50,599 nucleotides of DNA from a virus (taxonomy: Duplodnaviria > Heunggongvirae > Uroviricota > Caudoviricetes), in IMG/VR virus record IMGVR_UViG_3300022562_001204, positions 206,551-257,149 of that record; one strand, written 5' to 3'. This document shows positions 36,658 to 45,700 of this stretch, in pieces (within the stretch, counting starts at the first letter, position 1; each line of letters starts with the position of its first letter). The notes beneath the pieces are model-generated. The model worked only from the letters and a program-made list of their open reading frames with translations. It was not told the origin of the DNA and made no database searches. Both the position numbers and the translations under genes were made by a program.

Positions 36658-38187
36658 TTATTTGCCCTTTGCAGTGACGATCTTGATGAAGATTCTATCG
36701 GAGAAGTAGTTAGACCAAACTCCGATCCCTAGAGTCGATTCGATGACCGTGGCATAACGAAGCGTATGTGCAGTCTCGCGCCAAGTCAAAAGATGTATGG
36801 TGGGACTGCAGGACTCGATACGTTTCAAGGCGTTACGGTTGGGTATGTCAAGCCCCAGGGCGTAGGGGATGTCCATTTCAATGACATCATCACCCTGTTT
36901 GTTGACCAAGTGGAGCTTCATATCCTTGAAACCGACGATGAACTCAGGCTTCAGCTGGAAGATCTCCTTATTCTTCTTACCCTTCACCGTCTCATAGAAC
37001 TGGTCGGTGATGTCCTGCACGTAGTGTTCGTTACCCCCTGAGGTGAACGTCTCCGACCCCTCAGGGAGATTGACGTAGTCTCCCAGGAGCGTCTGGAGGA
37101 ATGAGAAGTGCTCGATCGCTCGGTACGACAGCCCTGTGGGGTCGATCTCCTGGGAGATCGCTGCACCGTTAAAGAGCTCCAGGGTGTTGCTGCGACGCCG
37201 ACGATTCAGGGCGTAGCCCTGGTATCGGTCGAGCCAATTCCAGTTGCTGGCCTTATATAGGTCATCCATACGCAGCGCCATGACCCTGACCTCTCCTCTG
37301 GAGAGGTAGTTCTGTCGCTTCTGGAGCATGGTGACCATGGGCTCCTCGTCCTTCAGCAGAACCACTGAGTAGCCCACTGTACTGGCGGGCTTACCCAGAA
37401 CGAATTCTGGTACGGAGGATTCAGCCTGATAGTAGAGCTTCGGATGGTTGTTATCCGAGCAGGAGTTGAAATAGAGGTACTTGAAACCCAGGTAGGGGTT
37501 CTTCTCTGGACTGGCGTCCCAGTACTTCTTCGGTGCTGAGAGAGTAAAGTCTCGCTTGAAGATGGCCTCGCGGCTATAGGCAGCTCCGATGTTGGCCAGG
37601 AAGTCAGCGCGTTCGTTGCCGGGTTCCCCCACGTGACCGCGCGTCCAGTCCAGTTTCAGCTTCACGCCCTTCTCCTTAAAGAGGAGGACCAGCTCCCAGA
37701 TACGCTGGAACAGCGCCACATTCTTGATGGGTTCACCAAACCGGTCTCGCCAGCCGTTCTTGGACCAGTACTTACAGGAGTTGTTGACGTTGTCAATGAC
37801 ATATTTGCTGTCACTGACGATCTGGATACGCTTCAGTGGAAACCCCTGGAGAGCTTCCAGTGTGTAGGCGACAGCCTGGGCTTCCGCGGCGTTGTTGGTG
37901 GCTATATCCAGTGACGATCCGAAAGCATCCAGATAGGCGACAGGTGTGACGCGTTTCAGCTTGGGGCTCATCTCCTGGGTTGGGAGAACGTACCCGTGGT
38001 CGGTCAGTGTACAGGTTTCGGCGACGTGAGAGGTTTTGGTAACCTCGTCGTCGTTCCAGAAGTACCCATGTGCGCCCCAGCCGATATAACCCGGATTGGT
38101 GGGGCGGCAGGACCCATCGGTATACACCACCACTCCGCTGAAGAGACTGTGGTCAAGGTCTGTTGCCAGGGCTTTGTTGTCCGACAT
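36658..38187 (-). CDS. rnhA: Ribonuclease HI with a long C-terminal extension (phiKZ gp155-like)
   Basis: Motifs YTDGSC, TNNAAE, SDSKY and WTRGHVGEPGNERADFLA. Confidence 0.92.
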   Translation of the reverse strand: MSDNKALATDLDHSLFSGVVVYTDGSCRPTNPGYIGWGAHGYFWNDDEVTKTSHVAETCTLTDHGYVLPTQEMSPKLKRVTPVAYLDAFGSSLDIATNNAAEAQAVAYTLEALQGFPLKRIQIVSDSKYVIDNVNNSCKYWSKNGWRDRFGEPIKNVALFQRIWELVLLFKEKGVKLKLDWTRGHVGEPGNERADFLANIGAAYSREAIFKRDFTLSAPKKYWDASPEKNPYLGFKYLYFNSCSDNNHPKLYYQAESSVPEFVLGKPASTVGYSVVLLKDEEPMVTMLQKRQNYLSRGEVRVMALRMDDLYKASNWNWLDRYQGYALNRRRRSNTLELFNGAAISQEIDPTGLSYRAIEHFSFLQTLLGDYVNLPEGSETFTSGGNEHYVQDITDQFYETVKGKKNKEIFQLKPEFIVGFKDMKLHLVNKQGDDVIEMDIPYALGLDIPNRNALKRIESCSPTIHLLTWRETAHTLRYATVIESTLGIGVWSNYFSDRIFIKIVTAKGK

Positions 38188-38235
38188 GTTGAACCTTACT
38201 TTTTCTGGTTTTGGAATACATGCAATGTAGGGACT

Positions 38236-38490
38236 CTAGGGTAAATTGTCTGGGTCCTGGCAGGATTCCAGGGTGCGGATTAAGTCCTGGGCGTTTTGGA
38301 GCCTTTGAGCGACACTCCAGAGCCGATTGAGCAATAAGGAGCAAGTCGCTACCAAAAGAACGAATGTGGCGACCAGGACGAACTTTCGTGTGCTGAAGTG
38401 AGGACTCCTCCAAGAACCTTCTTCGGGGAAGTCATAGACCAATCCTCCCACGAATCGCACGATCCACTTTAAGAAATCGAGAAAACCCAT
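38236..38490 (-). CDS. Small membrane protein, ~84 aa
   Basis: ATG 38490 with a GGAGG RBS. Hydrophobic helix FVLVATFVLLVATCSLLL followed by a short coiled coil. Confidence 0.6.
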   Translation of the reverse strand: MGFLDFLKWIVRFVGGLVYDFPEEGSWRSPHFSTRKFVLVATFVLLVATCSLLLNRLWSVAQRLQNAQDLIRTLESCQDPDNLP

Positions 38491-38533
38491 GGTATCCCTA
38501 CCTCCTAGGGGTACTGACACTGTCTGGTGAACT

Positions 38534-39160
38534 ATGAGCGATAACCCAATCCCGGTAACGGGGCAACGCGGCTATTTTGAGTTCTTGACACCGTTCGACA
38601 CCCAGGCGGGTAGCACAGAACGATTCACTGTCAAAAGCATTCGGCTGATCAGCGACTACGTCAACAACAACGAAGATGTCAAAGCCGACGTCTACACGGC
38701 GAATGGCATTGAGTCTGAATACGATGCCGCGGTGGCTGCCGATATGGAGATCCTGGGTCTTCAGTCTGCCAAAGGTCACTGGATCTACATCCCGGCAGAC
38801 TACGTCAAGACCTACCCGATCATGGAGGGCGTGGCTTACCAGGTACTGAGTCTGGTCATCCCCCTACAGCCCATGCCGGTTGATACGGATCTGACTGACC
38901 TGAAAGCTCAGCTGGTGGATGTCATCACCACATCGCTGGGGTTCACCACCACGGTCTCCGAAGTGGCGAGTAGCCGTACCAGTATGGTCTCTGTCGATAA
39001 AGACACGGGCATCACAGCCACCCGAGCAGCCCTCAAGGCTACCACCACCAAGGCCGTACAGATCGCCACCCTCCAGGATCAGCTGGCCCTGGCCCTGGAA
39101 AAGGTCTCTGCACTGGAGTCATATATCATCGATGCAGGCGTCGCTGTGTCATCAACATAA
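38534..39160 (+). CDS. Virion structural protein (phiKZ gp157-like), 208 aa
   Basis: Contains G.FEFLTPF and IYIPADYV..YP segments and a C-terminal coiled coil. Synteny. Confidence 0.6.
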   Translation: MSDNPIPVTGQRGYFEFLTPFDTQAGSTERFTVKSIRLISDYVNNNEDVKADVYTANGIESEYDAAVAADMEILGLQSAKGHWIYIPADYVKTYPIMEGVAYQVLSLVIPLQPMPVDTDLTDLKAQLVDVITTSLGFTTTVSEVASSRTSMVSVDKDTGITATRAALKATTTKAVQIATLQDQLALALEKVSALESYIIDAGVAVSST

Positions 39161-39165
39161 ATAAG

Positions 39166-39200
39166 GAGTACACGTACGGGTCATCCCCGTACGTGTACTC
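39166..39200. terminator. Bidirectional hairpin
   Basis: 15-bp stem gagtacacgtacggg/cccgtacgtgtactc. Confidence 0.7.
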
Positions 39201-39226
39201 TATTAAGTATGTCGGTTTGAGATCGG

Positions 39227-41734
39227 TTAAGAAATCCTTGTCCTACCGTTACAGACGACACCTGTAGGGATCACCACGTTTGCATCATGAAGCAGTGTGA
39301 CATCACAGTTCTTCAGGCTGCCGTAGGACTGCTCGGCATGGGAGACCATGAAGATCTGAGGGATGTTGCTGTTGGCGATCAGGGACGTCACGGTCTGAAA
39401 TGCCAGTTCTCGGTGTTTATGATCGAAGCTTGCTCCAAACTCATCCAACTGTAGCGGGAAGTCCGAGAAGCCCAGGCACTCCATCGCCACCACCCGGAAG
39501 GCCAGGTCAAAGACCTCACAAGTGGAGTTGTTACACTCCCCGACCTTGACATCTGGCGCGGTGAACCGGTCATCGATCTTGACAGGGAACTTGTAGTTCA
39601 GGTCCAGAGCTCCGTCGTCAAGCTCTACGGGGAGGATTTCCAGGGGGTAGGTCCAGATCTTCTTGACGAAGAGGTTGACCTTGGCGATGAAGAAGTTGAT
39701 AAACCCCGTGAGTCCCTTGGCAATGAGTCCCTTGGAGGGACTCAGGGCCTTTTCTGCCACGATGAGGAGCTTGATCTGCTTCTGCATCTCCAGCACCTGC
39801 CCCTCTAGTTGGTCGATCAGGGCTTTCTGGATGTCGATCTTGGAGAGCTGATGCTCTAGGTCGGACAGTTCCAGGCGGAAGATGTTGATGAGCCGATTCA
39901 GGTGATCCGCCCTCAGGGTGTCCCCCAGCATGCCCTGGTACTTCTGGCTGGAAGCCAGGGTCTGGGTCATGTGGGTCTCGACTTCCCGGTAGATCCCGTA
40001 ATAAGGCAAGATGCCCTCGATCACCCGAAGATCCCTGTCGACCGTTCTTTGGAGAGAGTAAGCCTCAGAGAGCCTCTCTTCGTACCCAGCGACCTCCTTA
40101 ATGATCCGATCGTTGTCTTTACTCTGGGTATCCAAGACATTCAGCCTGAGAGCAGACAGCTCACTGATCTTGCTCTGGGCTTGCTGAAGCTGCTGGTGGA
40201 GGGGGAGGTCTGTGATGACCTCAGAGATGATCTGTAGGATCCGATCCGTCCGGTAGGGGAAGCACTCCTCTGCCTTGACGATCTCCCAGACCTCCTGAGG
40301 AGGCCAGTTCTGGAGGATCGCCTTGATCTTCCCGACGGCATTATAGAAGGTCTCGGTTTCCTGGATGAAGGTTTTCGACTCCTTTAATAATGTCTCCATC
40401 CGAGAAACGGATTCCCCCAGGGTCTCCCGCTCTCTGACGAGCTGTTGGTGATAGACCTCCTCATACCCCTGATGCCAGGCATAGAGGCACTTAGGGCACT
40501 CCACGGGAGCTTTCATCTTCAGGAGCCCGTAGTCGGTCTCGTGTTGAAGAACTTCCTGTAACTTGGCTTGGGTGGTCTGGAGTCTTGGCGTCAGGGTCGC
40601 TACGATCTCCCGGTGCTCCTCATATTTGGCACGGGTGTACTGGGTCAAGTCACCCGAGGGCAGAGTATCGATCCAGCTTTCCAGGGGACCCTTAGCAGCC
40701 TCTAGGGCCGTCATGACTGAGGTGGGGTCCTTCAGGTTGATCGGATGGATCAGCCGTTTCACCCCTTCAGCGTACCATGCCTGATAGGACTTGATGTCCC
40801 GATCGATGTCCGACAGGGATACCGAGGAGAACAACTCAATGTCCTTAACCGTGTCTCGGAATTTAGAGAGCTTCTCCTTATTCTCAGTGATGACCTGCTC
40901 GGCGTAGGCCCGCTTACCCAGGAGTTCTGCCTTGAGGGTCTTGAGATCCTCCTCGGTCTTCATGGTCAGACCATGCCTCACGAGGTCGTTCTGATGGAGC
41001 ACCCGGGTCTTATCGAACCGCTGACGTAGTTCAACCAGTCGTGTCTCGATACCCCGTAAGGCGTCAATGACGGCCCGACTCTGCATGGAGAGGTGAGGTT
41101 TGGCGCTGAGGAGCTTGTCCACCATCTCCCGGTATTCAGCCACCCTGGCCCGGATCTCATGCTCCTCTTCGGGTTTGATGACCTTGGAGAGCTCCTGAGC
41201 GATTCGGTTCTGAGAGATGGTGACCGACCCTTGGAGGTCCCGAATACGACTCTTCAAGCTACCGTAGTACTTGAAGGCATAGGTGTAGTCCGCAGCACTC
41301 ATCATCGTGAACCACTCGCGTCGCTTAGCGACGTCCATGGTTGAAAACTTCAGTACCCCGTCAATCAGGGACTGGATGGCTGGGGTGATCCCAAACTCCT
41401 GTTGGACCAAAGCCCTGAAGCTGGTGGCTGTCATGCCCTTAGCCAGCTCCACGCCATCCTTGATCATGGAGTACGTCTCTCCACGACCTTCAAACGTGTT
41501 GGTAATCTGGTATTCGGATCCTCGGTGCGTGATCTCGTGGTACTTGTACCCACCGCTCTTGTACTGGTGACGAGAGCTGGGGAGCGGAGTCATCTCCCGC
41601 AACAGGGAGGACTTACCGCTACCGTTACTGCCCAGGATCAGGTGAATGCCACTCTGAAACTGAATCTCGATCTGCTCGATGTGATTCAGACTCAGCCGTT
41701 CATAACCTTTAAGTACTGTCTTGGTGTATTCCAT
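39227..41734 (-). CDS. sbcC: SbcC/Rad50-like SMC ATPase (phiKZ gp165-like), ~835 aa
   Basis: Walker A GSNGSGKS, coiled coils, zinc hook CPKC, Walker B LDEFG and H-loop VSH. Start moved to MEYTK. Confidence 0.88.
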   Translation of the reverse strand: MEYTKTVLKGYERLSLNHIEQIEIQFQSGIHLILGSNGSGKSSLLREMTPLPSSRHQYKSGGYKYHEITHRGSEYQITNTFEGRGETYSMIKDGVELAKGMTATSFRALVQQEFGITPAIQSLIDGVLKFSTMDVAKRREWFTMMSAADYTYAFKYYGSLKSRIRDLQGSVTISQNRIAQELSKVIKPEEEHEIRARVAEYREMVDKLLSAKPHLSMQSRAVIDALRGIETRLVELRQRFDKTRVLHQNDLVRHGLTMKTEEDLKTLKAELLGKRAYAEQVITENKEKLSKFRDTVKDIELFSSVSLSDIDRDIKSYQAWYAEGVKRLIHPINLKDPTSVMTALEAAKGPLESWIDTLPSGDLTQYTRAKYEEHREIVATLTPRLQTTQAKLQEVLQHETDYGLLKMKAPVECPKCLYAWHQGYEEVYHQQLVRERETLGESVSRMETLLKESKTFIQETETFYNAVGKIKAILQNWPPQEVWEIVKAEECFPYRTDRILQIISEVITDLPLHQQLQQAQSKISELSALRLNVLDTQSKDNDRIIKEVAGYEERLSEAYSLQRTVDRDLRVIEGILPYYGIYREVETHMTQTLASSQKYQGMLGDTLRADHLNRLINIFRLELSDLEHQLSKIDIQKALIDQLEGQVLEMQKQIKLLIVAEKALSPSKGLIAKGLTGFINFFIAKVNLFVKKIWTYPLEILPVELDDGALDLNYKFPVKIDDRFTAPDVKVGECNNSTCEVFDLAFRVVAMECLGFSDFPLQLDEFGASFDHKHRELAFQTVTSLIANSNIPQIFMVSHAEQSYGSLKNCDVTLLHDANVVIPTGVVCNGRTRIS

Positions 41735-41778
41735 GGCAATCAATATCCCAACCCTTATAGAAAACCCAAGGGGACACA

Positions 41779-42741
41779 ATGGCTCTACAGAGCGGTCTTC
41801 AGTTCTATTCTTACGGTATCGTCGCTCAAGACAAGACCGATGACAGCGATACGATCCTGGTCTGGCCAGTGGAAACCCTCCCTCTGGCCAAGGGTAAGCT
41901 GACGGATATCACCAATGACTACAATGTCTCAGGTGTCGATCACAAGGGCGTGTCTGGGACATACAGCCTCCAAGGCTCGGTGTCCGTCACGGCAAAGTGG
42001 ATCAGCTTCAATACAGCGCCCAGGCAGACTGCCCCGAATGTCTCGTCTGGCGAGACCGTCATGCTTTTCCAGTTCGGGTCTGTCAATGACCTATTCTGGA
42101 TGGACTACGGTCGTGAACCCGGCCTGAGACGGTTAGAGAACATCCAGTACTCCCTCTCCAACCTATCCACCAAGGGGGATGCTTACGATAACGACTCCAG
42201 TTATTATGTCATTCTCTCTACTCGGGATAAGCTGATCCAGCTCCATACCTCCGATAACGATGGGGAGCAGGCTGGGTTTGATATCACGATCAACACAGAG
42301 ACAGGGGTCCTGAACATCACGGACACCTATAGCAACTCCATGAACTGGGATGCTCCAAATAGCAACCTGGACCTAGTGATGCAGAATGATATCACGGTCA
42401 CCTGTCGGTCATTGACGATCACGGCTGATGATTACATCGAGATGACCGCTACGAACGACCATATCACGGCCACCAGCCCTACGATCACGATCGATGGGCA
42501 GACCACGACGATGAATGGGTCGTCCTCCGTCGATATCAATGGCGGTCCCGTGACGATCAGCGGAGACTCCGTCACGATCAATCCCGTCACCACGGTCAAT
42601 GCAGCCGTGACAGTGGAATCGACCATCAGCTCGAGCGGGTCGATCTCGACGGCTGGTGATATGACGGCTGGCGGAAAGTCCTACCTGAGCCACACCCATC
42701 TTGAGAATGGAAAAGGTTCAGAGACCGATCCTCCTACGTGA
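41779..42741 (+). CDS. Central baseplate spike / puncturing protein (phiKZ gp164 / P2 gpV-like), 320 aa
   Basis: N-terminal OB-fold-like region (APNVSSGETV), Thr/Ile-rich beta-helix and C-terminal SHTH..NG...T..P tip motif. Confidence 0.8.
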   Translation: MALQSGLQFYSYGIVAQDKTDDSDTILVWPVETLPLAKGKLTDITNDYNVSGVDHKGVSGTYSLQGSVSVTAKWISFNTAPRQTAPNVSSGETVMLFQFGSVNDLFWMDYGREPGLRRLENIQYSLSNLSTKGDAYDNDSSYYVILSTRDKLIQLHTSDNDGEQAGFDITINTETGVLNITDTYSNSMNWDAPNSNLDLVMQNDITVTCRSLTITADDYIEMTATNDHITATSPTITIDGQTTTMNGSSSVDINGGPVTISGDSVTINPVTTVNAAVTVESTISSSGSISTAGDMTAGGKSYLSHTHLENGKGSETDPPT

Positions 42742-42747
42742 GGACAG

Positions 42748-42782
42748 CATACACCCCCGGGGGACTACCCCGGGGGTGTATG
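42748..42782. terminator. Bidirectional hairpin with CATA/TATG ends
   Basis: 15-bp stem catacacccccgggg/ccccgggggtgtatg. Confidence 0.7.
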
Positions 42783-42788
42783 GCGTCT

Positions 42789-45700
42789 TTACACCTTGAC
42801 AGCGTTGTGGGTGTAGATGCGATGCTCCGGATCCATACCCGCGGCGTAGGAGAGTCCACCCAGTGAGATGTAGACAACATCCTTGAAACCGATGAAGTTC
42901 TTCTGAACCAGGGGTTCCAGGATAGGCTCGTTGTCATAATGCTTGACGTAGAGCAACTGACCCTCGACCAAATCCGGCGCCAGTACCGAACATCCCGTCT
43001 CCGGGAGCGTGATCGGCGTGGATTCCGAGACCTGGATGACAGCCCCTGAGGAGGTGACCAGTTCGTAGCAGGGGTGCGTGGAGATCCCGTAGATGTTGGT
43101 GATCTCGGTCCTGAAGAAGTTGTATTCGTCGTTAGCAGCATCCAGCGTGATACCCACGACGGCGTCTCCGGACTGGAGACCCGGGTACAACCAGGAATCA
43201 ACCACCACGCAGCTCGAGTCTGTGCCACCACCGCCCGTGGTGGTTTCCACGGTACGGAGCCAGCCTCGGCTGGTCGCTGTCGAAGTACTGTAACTGGCCA
43301 AACCAGTATTCTGAGTGGAGGACACGGTGTAGTACGTATCACCGTAGGAATACGCGCTACCGCAGCTGTTGATCAGCGTAGCCAAGTTTGAGTACGACAG
43401 AGCACTCATGTCTGAGAAGTCAATGTCATTCGTGAACCCAGGGAAGCTGATCGTCGCGATCGCTGAGCAGTTGTAGAACATGGTCGTAAACGTCTGTTCT
43501 ACCGTGGTGCTCGTATTGGGCTGCATACGGAAGGTTGCCAAGGCTGTACAGCCGTAGAACATGCTCGTATAGTCCGTACAGGCCGCAAAGCTCAACAGCG
43601 GGAAAGTGGTCAGGCTGGTGCAGCCATAGCACATACTGGTCGCTGTAGTGACTGTACTGAAGTTGTAAGTCGACGGAATCGTCGTGATTGCCGAGCAGTT
43701 GTAGAACATCGAGTCGGCATAGAGCATCGAGGTCGTTGTCAGGGTCGGGAGTGTCGTCAAAGCAGTGCACCCGCTAAACGCCCCCGTAAAGTTCCTGAGA
43801 AGAGTGCCGTTGATAGCCGTAACGGAAGTCATTGCCGTGTTGGCAGACAAGATGTTCGTGGCGTTCGTAGCATCCGGGAGATTGAGCGTTCCGACCGTTA
43901 CCAAACGGTAAAGGTTGTTAAACGCGCTGCCCGCATCGGTGATTTCGTTGGGACCAAGGAAGTAGAGCGCTTTGATGTAATTCAAGTCAAGATGACTAGA
44001 GTCTCGACGAATTTCTGAAAGGGTGCTGTACTTAACGACGATCCACTTACCCCAGTAGGTAGAGCCATAGAGGTTCAGGGAGGATGTCGTACCCAGGGTC
44101 GCTATTGGACTCGAGCTGATCGTGCCGTCCCAGACACCACTATTGTAGCTGGTTCCGCCCGAGTACACACGAACGTTTGTGGCGGTAAAGACCTGCCAGT
44201 AAGCACCATGTGTCGAATCGGTATCGCTATCGACCCACCAGACGATCATTCGATTTTCAACCGCCGCCGGGCTCAAAGTCCAGCCCGCATCCAAAGCAAC
44301 AGCGACGTCATCCGTCGTAATGTCGTCGGTGGTAGCAGAGGGTCGGTAAATGATGCCTGACGTGGTCGTACCGCAGTTGTTGATAGCTGCGATCAGGTTG
44401 GTCAGAGAAAGAGAGGTCAGAGAGGTCAGATCGATCGAAACCGTGTAACCCGTCACCTTGAAGGTGGTGACCGCCGTACAGTTGTAGAAGGGCGCTGCGG
44501 TGGAGCCCCCCGCCATACTGGTGGTCACTGCCGAGAGATCCAAGGCCGGGACGGTCTTAAGAGCCGTACATCCCCTCACGAACGAGTTCATGTTGGTCAC
44601 CTTTGCCGTATTGAACAAAGGAACCGTCAGGAAGGAAGTGCAACCTGTAAACATGGAACTCATGTTGGTGCAGTTCGTGGTCACGAAGGTCGGACACGAT
44701 GTCAGTGCCGTACAGCCACTGAACATACCCGACATATCCGTAACGCCCGTCGCCGTGAATAGTGGGACGGTCGTGATTGACGTGCAGCCACTGAACATAC
44801 TGGCTGTGGTGGTCAAGCTACTGCTGGTCGTGATCGATGAGATTGTCGTCAAGTCCACACAGCCGTAGAACATGTAGGAGGCGTTGGTGTTCAGCGACAT
44901 GCTGACAGCACCAGTGCTCACCATGTTGACACAGTTGTAGTACATGTACGCCGTGGTCGTCATCTTGCTGTAGTTGCTGATCGGCGCAGCCGTCAGATTC
45001 GCACAGCCGTAGAACATGTAAGAGGCAGCCGTGATCGTCGAGGTCGATGACAGGGTCACCGATGTCAGAGCCTGACACCCAGAGAACATACGGGTTGCGG
45101 TTAGTAGCGCACCTGTAGCCAGCGAAACCGTGGTCAACGCGGTACATCCGTAGAACATGTACGCGGCAGTGGTCATGGACGTGGTGCCGCTCAACGTCAC
45201 CGATGTCAGAGCCGTACAGCCACTGTACATGTAGGTTGCGTCGGTCACGGACACCAAGCTTGTGAAGCTAGGTGAACTCGTCAGGGCCGTGCAGCCGTAG
45301 AACATGTAGCTGGTTGTGGTACCAGACGTGCAGGTCAGTCCCGTCACTGACGTCAGGGCCGTACAGGAACTAAACATATACGAGAAGTTCGTACCTGACG
45401 TGGTCTCGATTCCAGAAACCGTGGTCAATGCCGTGCTATTGGCAAATGCATTCGCCCAACTGGTGATCGAGTTAGACGTCAGTGCAGTGACCGTCTTCAG
45501 GAAGGTATTGGCACCCACCTTCAAGCTGGTTAGAGCACTGTAGCTAATGGTGACCGTGTATGCCCCAGGTGTCGAGTAGGAGTTGGAGAGCGTCGTGGTT
45601 GTACCCAGAGAGACCTGGCCATTTCCGTCACCCCAGTCGACGATCACATTCGAGGCAGCGAACGTCGTGAAACTTACCACGCTGGTCGAAGAAGCGGTGG

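Noticed and set aside
38236-38490. Holin or spanin call for the small membrane protein
   Set aside because: Only a TM helix supports it. No adjacent endolysin or clear lipoprotein partner.
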